Source of the DNA: Candidatus Harrisonbacteria bacterium
GTDB lineage: Bacteria > Patescibacteriota > Minisyncoccia > UBA6257 > 1-14-0-10-44-23
Direction: 5' to 3'
Assembly: GCA_023255625.1 (NCBI GenBank)
Contig: JAHFLF010000003.1
Location: 2,105 to 66,104 of the forward strand
Length of the DNA: 64,000 nucleotides
The notes beneath the pieces are model-generated. The model was not told the origin of the DNA. It ran no database searches and worked only from the letters and a program-made list of their open reading frames with translations. Made by a program: the position numbers and the translations under genes. Shown here piece by piece: positions 1-10,175 of this stretch (positions are counted from its first letter, which is position 1; every line of letters begins with the position of its first letter).

Positions 1-492
1 CCGCGCTTTGCAGGCAAGCGGCTCTCTAATGCTCTGGCAATCCTAGCCATTCACCAACTAAAAAAACTAGAACGGTTTAACACGCATCGTCAAAAAACCG
101 CCGCACTATATCAGGAACTTCTTAGCCCTCTCTTTGTCTCCCACCAACTAACTAGCCAACTAGCTAATTTACCCGCCGCGGCGGGCCGACTAACTGATAA
201 GCCCATTTGGCTACGCTATACTATCTGGACTGACCACGCTGATCGAGTAAAGACGGAGTGCGCAAAACAAGGCATACTTTCGGGCGACTGGTATGATACC
301 CCAATCGCGCCGCGCGGCGTCAGCTATGAAAGAATCGGCTACAAACTTGGCAGCTGTCCGGTCGCAGAAAAAATAGCGGCGCGAACTATCAATCTGCCAA
401 CTGATATTCATATTTCAGAAAACGACGCGCAAAAAATCTGTAATATCATAACCACATTCTATGGAAACAGCAATACACCCACTAAACGATAA
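1..492 (+). CDS. DegT/DnrJ/EryC1/StrS-family PLP aminotransferase, C-terminal part (runs off window start)
   Basis: Frame 1 is open from base 1 to TAA at 490-492: ...NALAILAIHQLKKLERFNTHRQKTAALY...GDWYDTPIAP...CPVAEKIAARTINLPT. Not in the ORF track because it lacks a start here. Confidence 0.8.
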   Translation, partial: PRFAGKRLSNALAILAIHQLKKLERFNTHRQKTAALYQELLSPLFVSHQLTSQLANLPAAAGRLTDKPIWLRYTIWTDHADRVKTECAKQGILSGDWYDTPIAPRGVSYERIGYKLGSCPVAEKIAARTINLPTDIHISENDAQKICNIITTFYGNSNTPTKR

Positions 493-1489
493 AAAAATCT
501 GGGACGATTTTGTCGGCGGCGTGCAGCCCAACACCTTTTTGCACTCCTGGCAGTGGGGTGAGTTCAATCAGGCGACCCAGCATGAGATACACCGTTTTGG
601 TATTTATGGAGGCGAATCCCTCCTCGCCGTCGCCCTAATATTATATGTTCGCGCTCGCCGCGGTCATTTTCTTTTCTGCCCGCACGGACCTATCTTCAAA
701 AACGATGTCGACGCGCCAGAAGTCATGGCCGCGCTCACGGACCGACTCGTAGATCTCGCTAAAGAAAAAAAGTGTGTACTGATCCGCATCAGCCCGCTGC
801 TGCCACCAACCAAACAGAACGATGAATTATTTTTCCAGCTCGGCTACCGCAACGCGCCAATCCACATGGCCCATCCAGAGCTCGGCTGGATTCTTGATCT
901 CACGGCGACCGAAGACAAGCTGCTTGCCGGCATGCGCAAAACCACGCGTTATTCGATCAAAAAAGCCGAGAAGGACGGAGTCACGGTGACAATGAGCACG
1001 GACAGTAAAGATGTCGAAACTTTCTGGCAGGTTTACCAGACCACTTTCGCTAGGCAGCACTTCACTCCTTTTTCTAAAGATTATCTGCGCGCTGAATTCG
1101 AAACATTCGCGCGGGATAACAATGCCGCGCTGTTCTTCGCGCATTACAAAGGAGATGTCACCGCCACCGCCCTGATCATTTTCGATGAACACAGTGCTTA
1201 TTACCACCACGCCGCCACAACCCAGAAACACGCCGGCCTCACTGATGCCCAGCTGCTGCAATGGCACATTATTCAAGAAGCAAAGCGCCGCGGCTGCTCA
1301 CAATACAACTTCTGGGGGGTAGTACCCGAGGACGGCAAAAGGCACCCCTGGACCGGTCTTTCGATCTTCAAGCGCGGCTTTGGCGGGCGCGAAGAGGCGT
1401 ATGTCCACGCCAAAGACCTAGTTCTCTCGCCACGATACTGGCTAACATATACAATTGAGATGACTAGGCGCTGGAAACGCCGACTTTAA
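461..1489 (+). CDS. FemABX-family lipid II:aminoacyl-tRNA (glycyl)transferase
   Basis: FLHSWQWGEF, PHGP, LDL...LLAGMRKTTRYSIKKAEK, YNFWG, GLSIFKRGFGG motifs. Confidence 0.9.
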   Translation: METAIHPLNDKKIWDDFVGGVQPNTFLHSWQWGEFNQATQHEIHRFGIYGGESLLAVALILYVRARRGHFLFCPHGPIFKNDVDAPEVMAALTDRLVDLAKEKKCVLIRISPLLPPTKQNDELFFQLGYRNAPIHMAHPELGWILDLTATEDKLLAGMRKTTRYSIKKAEKDGVTVTMSTDSKDVETFWQVYQTTFARQHFTPFSKDYLRAEFETFARDNNAALFFAHYKGDVTATALIIFDEHSAYYHHAATTQKHAGLTDAQLLQWHIIQEAKRRGCSQYNFWGVVPEDGKRHPWTGLSIFKRGFGGREEAYVHAKDLVLSPRYWLTYTIEMTRRWKRRL

Positions 1490-1492
1490 AAA

Positions 1493-2281
1493 ATGAAACC
1501 TAAATCTCAATCGCAACGAAAATTTTTCCGACGGATCCGTTGGTATGCAATTATTGGCGGCGTAATACTGCTTGTCTTGCTGCTTGCGTTATTAGTTGTT
1601 AGATCACCATTTTTTAAGATAAATGAAATGATTGTCGTCGGCGTACCGTCAGAACTGCAGACAAAAATTATTGCCGAGCTGACGATCAACATTCTTCGCA
1701 TTCCGCGTTCTGCAATACTTGGGCCCGATAATTATTTTAGCTGGCCGGAAAAATTTCCATATACCGCCGATGAGGCAACGATGATTTCTATCAAAAAAGA
1801 CCTTTTTGACCGAAAGATTACTTTGACCGTAACGCCGCGCCAGCGATATGCGGTCTGGTGTCAGGGGCAACCGGAGGAATCCTTAAATTGTTTCTGGATT
1901 GATCAACTCGGAGTTATTTTTGAATCAGCGCCAATTGCAGATGGGCAATTAGTCCGGACGATTTATTCTGCGAGTCCAATTGGCCGCCCACTAACCGGGA
2001 CGCCTATATTAGCTCAAGAGATTTTTTCCGTAATTAAAAAAACGCTCGATGGATTATCTTCACTAGATATCGGTCTAGAAAAAATTGAATACAAGCAATC
2101 GCTACAGGAATTGCATCTGATAACCTCTGGCGGCACATTGCTCATGATCAGCACCCGCTTTGACCCCTCACCAACTGTTTTGCCGTCAATTCGCCGGCTT
2201 AGCTCTAACCCCGGGTTAGATAAATTAACTTATATAAATTTGACCGTCGAGAATCGGGCGTATGTGAAGTACCGGCAATAG
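1493..2281 (+). CDS. FtsQ/DivIB-like cell division protein
   Basis: Basic N-terminus, one TM helix, SPFFKINEMIVVG POTRA-like start, C-terminal YINLTVENRAYVK. Confidence 0.65.
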   Translation: MKPKSQSQRKFFRRIRWYAIIGGVILLVLLLALLVVRSPFFKINEMIVVGVPSELQTKIIAELTINILRIPRSAILGPDNYFSWPEKFPYTADEATMISIKKDLFDRKITLTVTPRQRYAVWCQGQPEESLNCFWIDQLGVIFESAPIADGQLVRTIYSASPIGRPLTGTPILAQEIFSVIKKTLDGLSSLDIGLEKIEYKQSLQELHLITSGGTLLMISTRFDPSPTVLPSIRRLSSNPGLDKLTYINLTVENRAYVKYRQ

Positions 2282-2362
2282 TTAATTAGTTAGCTGGTTA
2301 GTTTGTTAGTTAGCAGAAACTCAACCCACCAACTAACTAGCTAACCAAGTAACGAACTAACC

Positions 2363-2803
2363 ATGCTAACCTTTCCCAAAGACACCGCGCAAATTAGCTG
2401 GACGCGCCACATCAAAAACAAGATGGTTTTTTATCATTTAAGCGGAGCGCAAATTTTGCGCATTTTTCGTAAGCCGGACAGGCGTGAGGAGGGGATAGCG
2501 CCGCAAACAATCGCAGCGATGCAGACTAAGGTCGCAAATCGCATATCGCAAAGCGCAAATCGTCTAAATCAAAAACCGAGAGGGGAGGAAATTTGGATAA
2601 TGTACCGAATTAACTCAAAACAAATAACTCATAACAAACAACTGAAACAGGAGTCTCCGTTATTAGTTATGAGTGATAAGTCATTAGTTAATAAGAGTCG
2701 TGTGACTCTTATTTCCGCCTGGCGCTACCCCGGCACCACCAAGCCCGGCGAACGACCACCAATTCCGGAGGATGTGCTCGCGGAGCTTGAAAGTATCGGC
2801 TAA
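2363..2803 (+). CDS. Conserved hypothetical protein (possible DUF4258/BrnT-like fold) with low-complexity in-frame inserts
   Basis: WTRHIKNKM...EIWIMY...LISAWRYPG; fold assignment is inference. Confidence 0.6.
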   Translation: MLTFPKDTAQISWTRHIKNKMVFYHLSGAQILRIFRKPDRREEGIAPQTIAAMQTKVANRISQSANRLNQKPRGEEIWIMYRINSKQITHNKQLKQESPLLVMSDKSLVNKSRVTLISAWRYPGTTKPGERPPIPEDVLAELESIG

Positions 2804-2824
2804 AATAGGTATTCTTCATTCAGA

Positions 2825-4249
2825 ATGAAAGATTATTTATCGATAGAAAAGTCGGCGCAGGAAGTAATACCACAACCTCCCAAGCAAAAGGATCCCTTAA
2901 CCATGAAGGGGGCGATTAGATCTGCGAAAGACAGTCTAGTTTCGTTAGCCAAAGAACAAAACACAAAAATTAATTTACGGCTCAAAGAATATTTTTTTAA
3001 AAAAGATTTAACTCCGGAAGATTTTGAAAAACTATTAGAGTTTGATTTCCAAGACGAACTGAACGACAATCCTCCTGTTGAGGGAACAAGATGGGAGAGG
3101 CACCATATAAAGTTTTTCCCATTCAGCATAGAAATTGATAGGATCAAAAAACTGCCCCGCGAAGAAAAAAGGATTGCGCTTGAAGAACTAAAAGACAAGC
3201 TAGCACGGCAAAGAAAAGCGCTGGCAATGTGCCGTGTTTTTCTGGAGCGATGTATTGAATTTAACAATGACTACCCGCTAGAAAAACTTCATATAATCGT
3301 TAATAAATTCCAAGAAAGCTACGGCTTCAATGATGACCAAAAATGGAGCTTTCATGATGCGATCAGTAAATACAGTAATAATCGCCAAAAAGTTCTTGCA
3401 GCGCGCAACGAATTCCAAAATGACGCGGAGCTGGTAAAACACATAACTGGCATTCCCGTGAAGGATGGCACAGTCCGTGTTTCGGTCGGCCCGATGACCA
3501 TTGATATATATACAGATACTTTCACGGCTGGACAAATTTTTGATCGTTCTATAGAACCAGTCACGACCGTAAGCGGGTTTTTTAATGCGAATGGACAGGA
3601 TATCCCATTTGGAGATGGCATTGCATTTACAGTCGTCAATACTGACAACATAAAAAGCGATAAAGCCACGGCAGCAGTACTCGAACACGAGCATGAGCAC
3701 TCAAAAAATCATCTTGTATTTAAAGAATTATTCGGCATAGACGGCCGCTACGCGAAAAACGGAAAATGGGACGAAAAAAATCCACAAAAAGACTTATCTG
3801 AAGAATATGTAAAATATGCATCAGAAAAAGACCCGGATATAAAGAAGGCGCTGCTTGAATCCTGCTTCGAAGTAGAGATCCAGTATGCTCTCGAATCTGC
3901 AAAAGATGAAATAACCGCAATACTAAAGGGTAATATGTACGGCGAAGACACACTCTCCTTTCTTCAAGATAATTTCAACGGTTATTTTCTGAACGGCGAA
4001 CATAACCATTACGATTATTTAAGAGAATTAAGAAATCGAGAAGATCAAAAAGATAATCCGGATTGGCAAGAACTGTCTCGTAAAATTCTTATCGACGAAT
4101 ACGCTTCAATTTTAACAAAAGCAGTCGAGGCAATTACACTGCTCATCAAACAAGGAAAATACTCTATTCAGGAAAGCATCGCGCTTCTGACCGATAAACC
4201 GATTGTCGAATGGCCCAAGACGGTTAAAAGAATGCTTGATGCTAAATAG
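2825..4249 (+). CDS. AT-rich hypothetical protein with HExxH-like motif, flanked by direct repeats
   Basis: 474-aa ORF containing VLEHEHEHSKNH. Confidence 0.7.
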   Translation: MKDYLSIEKSAQEVIPQPPKQKDPLTMKGAIRSAKDSLVSLAKEQNTKINLRLKEYFFKKDLTPEDFEKLLEFDFQDELNDNPPVEGTRWERHHIKFFPFSIEIDRIKKLPREEKRIALEELKDKLARQRKALAMCRVFLERCIEFNNDYPLEKLHIIVNKFQESYGFNDDQKWSFHDAISKYSNNRQKVLAARNEFQNDAELVKHITGIPVKDGTVRVSVGPMTIDIYTDTFTAGQIFDRSIEPVTTVSGFFNANGQDIPFGDGIAFTVVNTDNIKSDKATAAVLEHEHEHSKNHLVFKELFGIDGRYAKNGKWDEKNPQKDLSEEYVKYASEKDPDIKKALLESCFEVEIQYALESAKDEITAILKGNMYGEDTLSFLQDNFNGYFLNGEHNHYDYLRELRNREDQKDNPDWQELSRKILIDEYASILTKAVEAITLLIKQGKYSIQESIALLTDKPIVEWPKTVKRMLDAK

Positions 4250-4268
4250 CTAGCGCGGATATATCGTG

Positions 4269-4353
4269 CTGGCGCTACCCGGGCACCACCAAACCCGGCG
4301 AACGACCACCAATTCCGGAGGATGTATTAGCTGAACTTGCCAATATTGATTAA
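4269..4353 (+). repeat. Diverged duplicate of the 3' end of gene 2363..2803 (other copy 2719-2803)
   Basis: CTGGCGCTACCC(C/G)GGCACCACCAA(G/A)CCCGGCGAACGACCACCAATTCCGGAGGATGT present at both sites. Confidence 0.9.
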
Positions 4354-4374
4354 AAGGAATATGCTAAATTTAAA

Positions 4375-4558
4375 CTCCAACAAGGAAAAAGTGGCAGCGT
4401 CGGTCCGACCGATGCGGTCTTCCACGCTTCGCTCCCATGCGAAGTCACTTCATCCCTAGTATCGCAAGGCGACCACTTCCTTGCGAGCGTAGACGGATCG
4501 GCGGACGGAACTCGGAAGCCGAAAGCCAATTCCGCGCACGCAGTTTTCCTTGTTGGAG
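4375..4558. other. Structured element closed by a 15-bp perfect inverted repeat, upstream of ychF
   Basis: CTCCAACAAGGAAAA (4375-4389) / TTTTCCTTGTTGGAG (4544-4558). Confidence 0.6.
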
Positions 4559-4627
4559 CTCTTCAGCATGTCGGGCTCGCGCACAACCTTTCTAATCAAT
4601 TGTGTTGCCGCGAGCCCTTACTTCATT

Positions 4628-5623
4628 ATGAAACTCTCCATCGGCATAGTCGGTCTGCCCAATGTCGGGAAATCTACACTCTTTAAACTGCTCACGAGCA
4701 ACGATATTTTGATTGCCAACTATCCATTCGCCACGATTGATCCGAATGTCGGCGTGGTTGCTGTTCCGGACGAACGAGTGGATAAACTGAACGAAATGAG
4801 CAAGTCAAAAAAAAGAATTCCGGCTATCGTCGAGTTTTACGACATCGCCGGACTGGTCAAGGGCGCGGCAACAGGGGAGGGGCTTGGTAATCAGTTTTTG
4901 ACGCATATTCGCGACACCAGCGCCATCGTTCAAGTACTGCGTTGCTTTGCGGGCGATGAGATTGTCCATGTTGAAAATTCTGTTGATCCAGTGCGCGACA
5001 TGGGCATCATTAACACCGAACTTGCACTCAAAGATTTAGAGACTGTTGAAAAACGGATTGTCAAAGCCAACGCCGAGGCGCGGTCAGGTAAAAAAGAGGC
5101 AATTAAAGAGGTGGAAATTCTGACGAAAGTGAAGGATGCGCTGTCGGCAGGGAAATCAATTCTTGAATTTGCATCTGATCCAACAGTAAGAGGTCTTTTC
5201 TTGCTGACCGCAAAACCAAAATTTTATTTATTGAATGGACAAGAAAGCGATGTACCGCCTGCACTCAAAGACGCTATCGCTGCAGAAAAAAGTACATATG
5301 TCGTTGCCGACCTAGCTACTGCCACAGAAATTCCGCAACTTATTCGCAAGGCCTACGAAATTCTAGGGCTTATTAGTTTTTTTACAACCGGCGAGGACGA
5401 AACACGGGCCTGGACGATCACGAAGGGGGATAAAGCCCCACAGGCCGCCGGCGTCATCCATACTGATTTTGAAAAAAAGTTTATCCGGGCGGAAACGGTT
5501 TCGTATAAAGATTTTGTTGAGTGTGGCGGCTGGTCAGCCGCCCGGTCAAAAGGCAAACTGCGTGTTGAAGGCAAAGAGTATGTAGTCGCCGACGGAGATA
5601 TTCTCGAGATCCGGCACTCGTAG
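4628..5623 (+). CDS. ychF: Redox-regulated ATPase YchF
   Basis: GIVGLPNVGKSTLF, ANYPFATIDPN, DIAGLVKGA, TGS domain; start moved to ATG 4628. Confidence 0.97.
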   Translation: MKLSIGIVGLPNVGKSTLFKLLTSNDILIANYPFATIDPNVGVVAVPDERVDKLNEMSKSKKRIPAIVEFYDIAGLVKGAATGEGLGNQFLTHIRDTSAIVQVLRCFAGDEIVHVENSVDPVRDMGIINTELALKDLETVEKRIVKANAEARSGKKEAIKEVEILTKVKDALSAGKSILEFASDPTVRGLFLLTAKPKFYLLNGQESDVPPALKDAIAAEKSTYVVADLATATEIPQLIRKAYEILGLISFFTTGEDETRAWTITKGDKAPQAAGVIHTDFEKKFIRAETVSYKDFVECGGWSAARSKGKLRVEGKEYVVADGDILEIRHS

Positions 5624-5640
5624 AAGGTTGGGATTTTCGC

Positions 5641-5717
5641 AGACCGACACCGCCTATCTTTTTCTGCTGAAAAAGCGTCTGCTCTCGGCCCTCTTCGGGC
5701 CTGCGAGAGTGCCGCCT
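5641..5717 (+). repeat. 77-nt dispersed structured element, copy 1 (copy 2 inverted at 15663-15739)
   Basis: Shared core CTCGGCCCTCTTCGGGCCTGCGAGAGTGCCGCCT with a covarying side stem. Confidence 0.8.
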
Positions 5718-5825
5718 CGCATCAAACTTTACAGAAATTCTTCTCATTTCGGGAATAGAGAACTAATGCCAAAAAACGTGAAGGAGCAGAGCGCCCCATC
5801 ACGGACGACACTGCTCCTGTTGCTG

Positions 5826-6323
5826 CTAGCCCGGCCTAATGCCGGGGTGATCGAGGGGATCGGGTTGCCTACCCCTCCCTGGCCGACACTCTGCTGGCAC
5901 GACTAGCTGGCTGCCGAGCTGCCGAAACACATCACGAGACTCATCTGCAAGGATCAGAACGCGGCCCATGTCCGCCATCGGCTTAGTTCCAGCCGGCCAC
6001 ATCTCCCCGAGCCGGGAGTGTCGTGTATTGATGTACCCATCAACCGCGGTGGCTATCCTGGAAGAGATACCGCGAACAGACCTCTCCGGCCGGTCAAATG
6101 CGCCAGCGAACCGTAACGGACGCTCGGCCTCACCGAAGCCCCTCTGGTCCAGCATCGTGAAGAACATGGGGGCACGACCAAGGTAGGTCAGGATCGCTTC
6201 ATCATCCGAGAGCTCGACTACCGCCATGTCAAGGAGCAGCACGCCCTGGTCAATCATACGGCCAAGAAACTGCATGCCGGCAGCATACCTGCTCGGCCCG
6301 TCCAGAATGATCCACCGTGGCAT
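5826..6323 (-). CDS. GC-rich hypothetical protein
   Basis: SD GAGAGAGG before ATG; TTGACG-17-TAGGTT promoter-like sequence upstream. Confidence 0.55.
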   Translation of the reverse strand: MPRWIILDGPSRYAAGMQFLGRMIDQGVLLLDMAVVELSDDEAILTYLGRAPMFFTMLDQRGFGEAERPLRFAGAFDRPERSVRGISSRIATAVDGYINTRHSRLGEMWPAGTKPMADMGRVLILADESRDVFRQLGSQLVVPAECRPGRGRQPDPLDHPGIRPG

Positions 6324-6537
6324 ACGCCACCTCTCTCTGAAGACCTTGCCCCGATGATTGGTGCGGGAGCACTCACCTCACGCCTGGCGCCAACGCGACT
6401 CCAGACGACCCCAGCATACACCGAGGGATTACAAACCTTCTTTAACCTACTCTCGAATAATTATAGCGTCAAATCCCCGTGGTATACTGTATTTATTCGC
6501 GTTATTACCTTCCCATTCGCATTATCAGCGATTACTC

Positions 6538-7518
6538 ATGGATATTGTCTTCAGTCAAATAGTTCTAGCTGGCTCAATCGCCGTGATTATCAGTCTGATT
6601 GTCCGGCGTATCGGAAAAAAATGGCTTGCCCGAGAAAATTGGGTTCGGCTTTTATTCGTTATCCCCGAAGGAACAGTCAATCCTTTGGCTGTACATGACC
6701 AACATGAAATCGCGCTTTCTGCAGAACTTTACAAGCGCTTCAAAGAGCTCGGCATCCCATTCGGGCTTGAAGTAGTAGTGCAACTGCTCGGTGAAGAAAT
6801 TTATTTTTATATTATTGTTCGCAAAACCGATGCTCACCATGCCCATCAATTAATAGAAACACTTTGGCCGACTGGATATCTAAACGAATCAGAAGATTAC
6901 GATTTGTGGAGTAGCGGCAGTACCGCAATAAACCAAGCAACAGGCGCGTATCTGACATTACGAAACCCCTATAGTATTCCGCTTAAAATGGCTTCTAAGG
7001 GCAATTTTGAGCCATTCCTGGAGCTTTTAGCTAAGCTATCCCGACTATCTCCAGTAGGCGAGGGGGCAGCTATACAAATTATTACGCGACCAGCCAGTCA
7101 ACACCTACTACAGGCCGTTGGTACATATCTGCAAAAACTTGAATCCGGTCAGTATAGCCCTTCTAAATATATTCATGAAGAATTTATCATCACACCAGAA
7201 ACCGTTAAACTCGTCAGGAAAAAAGTGAGTTCACCGCTTTTTTCTGTTAATTTTCGAATCGTAACAAGTCATTCCCGCGGCGAAGCAGTCCGAATTTTAA
7301 GGACTATCACCGACCACCTGGAGAAAAAGTCTCATGACGAGCATCAGCAATATAATGAATTTGTCGCAAAAATTCCGAAGGATCAAAAATATTTCATAAA
7401 TGAATTTTTAAGATATACATTTGAACCAGCGCAGGAGATTGTTATGAGTGCCGATGAGCTGGCTACATATTTTCATTTTCCCGGTCCAACGACTGCCGGC
7501 GCAAAGATTAAGAGATAA
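6538..7518 (+). CDS. Protein resembling the N-terminal region of CPR TraD/VirD4-like ATPases, without an ATPase domain
   Basis: N-terminal TM, FGLEVV..GEEIYFYI, PYSIPLK, EGAAIQIITRPA, MSADELATYFHFP; start at ATG 6538. Confidence 0.6.
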   Translation: MDIVFSQIVLAGSIAVIISLIVRRIGKKWLARENWVRLLFVIPEGTVNPLAVHDQHEIALSAELYKRFKELGIPFGLEVVVQLLGEEIYFYIIVRKTDAHHAHQLIETLWPTGYLNESEDYDLWSSGSTAINQATGAYLTLRNPYSIPLKMASKGNFEPFLELLAKLSRLSPVGEGAAIQIITRPASQHLLQAVGTYLQKLESGQYSPSKYIHEEFIITPETVKLVRKKVSSPLFSVNFRIVTSHSRGEAVRILRTITDHLEKKSHDEHQQYNEFVAKIPKDQKYFINEFLRYTFEPAQEIVMSADELATYFHFPGPTTAGAKIKR

Positions 7519-7624
7519 TTTTCAATTCTCAATTTCTAGTTTCTAAACAATTTCCAATTTAAAAATTCAGAAATTAAAACATTGTTTGGAAATTGAAAAT
7601 TATAAATTATAAATTAATGAACCT

Positions 7625-7963
7625 ATGGATGGCCTTCCTCAACACCACATAAGTCTGCGCAAGCGTCTGTACGGCCGGCTTGAAGCATATCCGCACCCTA
7701 ACAAACTCAAACGTCGGGTAGACGACTTAGCATATATTTTTGGTATTGCGATACCGCTTTTCACTATTCCGCAGCTCTATGAAATTTGGAGTCACCATAA
7801 TGCAGGTAATAATTCGCTTATCACCTGGGGCGCATTCAGTATCTCATCGCTGTTTTGGCTTTTTTATGGTATCCTCCACAAAGTAAAGCCCGTTATTATT
7901 AGTCAATCGTTGTGGTTTATTTTACAACTTTTGATTGTTATAGGTATTCTTCTCTATAACTAA
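7625..7963 (+). CDS. SemiSWEET/PQ-loop family membrane transporter
   Basis: Three TMs, TIPQLYEIW, WLFYG. Confidence 0.8.
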   Translation: MDGLPQHHISLRKRLYGRLEAYPHPNKLKRRVDDLAYIFGIAIPLFTIPQLYEIWSHHNAGNNSLITWGAFSISSLFWLFYGILHKVKPVIISQSLWFILQLLIVIGILLYN

Positions 7964-8346
7964 TGAGTATGGAAAAATTTACAGCATCAGTCATAAGAGG
8001 AAAGGGGAGAGGCAAAAAAACAGTTGGCTTTCCGACTTTTAATTTAATCGTCCCTGAAAAACTCGTAATGAAGGAGGGCGTATATGCCTGTCTTGTTTGG
8101 ATAGATGGAAAAGAATACCGCGGCGCGATGCATTACGGGCCGACGCCAACCTTCGACGAGCAAGAAAAAGTTTTGGAAATTTTTGTTCTTAATTTTGAGG
8201 ATGGGGGACAGTCGATTGCGGAACTGAAATTCGAAGTCGGCCCATATCTGCGACCGGTTGCAACATTTCTAACACCCGAAGCTCTGCGCCACCAGATTGC
8301 CTTAGATGTACAACGGGTGCGTAAGACAAAACTTTTGATTTCTTAA
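7963..8346 (+). CDS. Stand-alone riboflavin kinase domain
   Basis: VIRGKGRGK..GFPTFN, EGVYA, GPTPTF, LE, LR; no FAD synthetase domain. Confidence 0.88.
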   Translation: MSMEKFTASVIRGKGRGKKTVGFPTFNLIVPEKLVMKEGVYACLVWIDGKEYRGAMHYGPTPTFDEQEKVLEIFVLNFEDGGQSIAELKFEVGPYLRPVATFLTPEALRHQIALDVQRVRKTKLLIS

Positions 8347-8347
8347 T

Positions 8348-8425
8348 CATACATTGGCCGGTTTTGTTTTTCAGCACTCCGTTTACGGTGAGCCCGTGCT
8401 GGAAAACAAAATCGGCCAATGTATG
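8348..8425. terminator. Long hairpin between convergent genes
   Basis: CATACATTGGCCGGTTTTGTTTTTCAGCAC...GTGCTGGAAAACAAAATCGGCCAATGTATG. Confidence 0.65.
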
Positions 8426-8449
8426 GAAAAATATAAATTGGCTATTAAA

Positions 8450-9247
8450 TTAATAGCCAATCTTCTTGAGCCAAGCGGAATGCTCCCATTCCCAAAGTGC
8501 TTTAGCGCCTAAAAAGGCCTTAAAGTCATCTTTCCAGTCGTGCAATTCTTTCAGTTCGACGACGCCGGTCGGCGCGCTCCATTCGTGCATCCCAACTGTA
8601 CACGGACTCGTTCCGTTGCTACGGCCGCCGTTATTCTGCCAACCGGACTTTATTTTTTCCCGCCCACCTTTGTCGCGCATAGTCGCACCGCAGCGAACGC
8701 AACTTTGAAATTGATCAATCCGTAAAATCCAACGAGTTTCTAAATTAGAAAATTCACGGGTCAGTGCATCCATATAAGCTGAAGTTTGAATACCATAGTC
8801 CCGATAAATTGACTCTGAAGTTTTGATGTCTAACACGCCGAACCTGCCGTCGATCTCGGCCATCACATCAATCGTGCCGGCATAACGATGCTCCGGATTC
8901 ATAATCCGCCGCTCAACATGCTCCGGATTAACTTTCAATTTTATTCCGCTGGTTTTTAAAAATTCCAAAAATCCTCGTACAGAGGGGAGTATGGAAACCG
9001 GAATATCGCCCGGGCGTTGGCCAATCAAAATTTTTTCAATGGCCTCGTGCACCGCCGTACCCATTTCCGCCGATTTAGCACTAATCTCCTTGGCGCGTGC
9101 AAAACCAACATCCGCATAAAACTTTAATAAAGCCGGCTTGGCCTTCATATCGGTTATCCTGGTTACGCGGGGATACCAGACGCCGTCAATATCGTAGCCG
9201 CACTGGGTTTTGAAATCTTGTTCGTCGGTAAATTCGGTGAAAGCCAT
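8450..9247 (-). CDS. PD-(D/E)XK nuclease (phage exonuclease-like) with Cys insert
   Basis: YPRVT, GTAVHEAIE, E...YAGTID...LDIKTS, Q..AY. Confidence 0.85.
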   Translation of the reverse strand: MAFTEFTDEQDFKTQCGYDIDGVWYPRVTRITDMKAKPALLKFYADVGFARAKEISAKSAEMGTAVHEAIEKILIGQRPGDIPVSILPSVRGFLEFLKTSGIKLKVNPEHVERRIMNPEHRYAGTIDVMAEIDGRFGVLDIKTSESIYRDYGIQTSAYMDALTREFSNLETRWILRIDQFQSCVRCGATMRDKGGREKIKSGWQNNGGRSNGTSPCTVGMHEWSAPTGVVELKELHDWKDDFKAFLGAKALWEWEHSAWLKKIGY

Positions 9248-9322
9248 GTATGCTTATTTTACATGAGTTGACGCCGATATTCTAGGAGAGTAAAGTCTTA
9301 TACAAGGAGGGCAATACCGCCC

Positions 9323-9718
9323 ATGACCACCACCGAAGTCGCAACAGTCACCGCTCCAGCCCTTTTGCGGAGGGGCGAAGTGCTAGTGTTCGTCGAAGAC
9401 CTGAAGTGGGCAAGACGACACTTCACTTACGAGGTACCCGGCGTGCCAGGCAAGTTCTGTCCGCATGCCCGAGATGCCTCAATCGACCCGGAGAAACCCG
9501 GCAAGGTTCTGGCAAGAGTCTCCGTCGTCGTCGTCACGATCTTCTATGTCGTAGAAGAGAAGCTGGCCGCGGCTACGCAAGATCGGGCGATTCGAGGATT
9601 TCACCGAAATGCCAGGTATGTGTCGTGTCTGACATGTCCGCACTGTGGCCGCGACGGGATGCCGGCGGCCCCGATGCCGACGATAGGCGATAGGCAGGTC
9701 GCACCCTGGGGCTCTTAA
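9323..9718 (+). CDS. GC-rich hypothetical protein with CxxCxxC motif
   Basis: TTGACG-17-TAAAGT promoter and AGGAGG SD upstream. Confidence 0.6.
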   Translation: MTTTEVATVTAPALLRRGEVLVFVEDLKWARRHFTYEVPGVPGKFCPHARDASIDPEKPGKVLARVSVVVVTIFYVVEEKLAAATQDRAIRGFHRNARYVSCLTCPHCGRDGMPAAPMPTIGDRQVAPWGS

Positions 9719-9950
9719 GAACCAGGTCACGACAAAGCACGAGGGGGCCCGTCTGGATTCGTTCCGGGGCCTTCGTACGTTTCGAAGCATTTGATTTTTT
9801 AATACAGCTATAGAGCACTCTTTATCTAATTAACTGGCCAACAATTAACTCACTGACCAGCCGGGGAGCACGCCGCGGCTGCTGGCCGACAGCTTTTTCA
9901 ATACTATATGTTTCGCACAATATATCTTTTAAGAAAGATATATAAAGTTT

Positions 9951-10175
9951 CTATTTTAGCCATTTCCAATCATGCCTGTTTCCACCCTTATATTTTTCCA
10001 TTAAACCCTTAATTTCTCGTAGTCGTATAAGATCTTGATCATCAAATTTTTTCCTCTTGTTACGAACAAATATATCCACTGCTTCTTTCCATAATCCAAA
10101 ATCAAAACGCTTTTTAGCATGTAATTTATATGATTCGAAAAACGGAACTACTATATTCTTTAGATGAGCGAAAAA
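9951..10175 (-). pseudogene. C-terminal fragment of a LAGLIDADG homing endonuclease
   Basis: Manual translation FFAHLKNIVVPFFESYKLHAKKRFDFGLWKEAVDIF...WKWLK*; no start or N-terminal motif. Confidence 0.75.

Noticed and set aside
8450-9247. Cas4 or prophage marker
   Set aside because: Solo PD-(D/E)XK nuclease with no cas, integrase or virion genes nearby.
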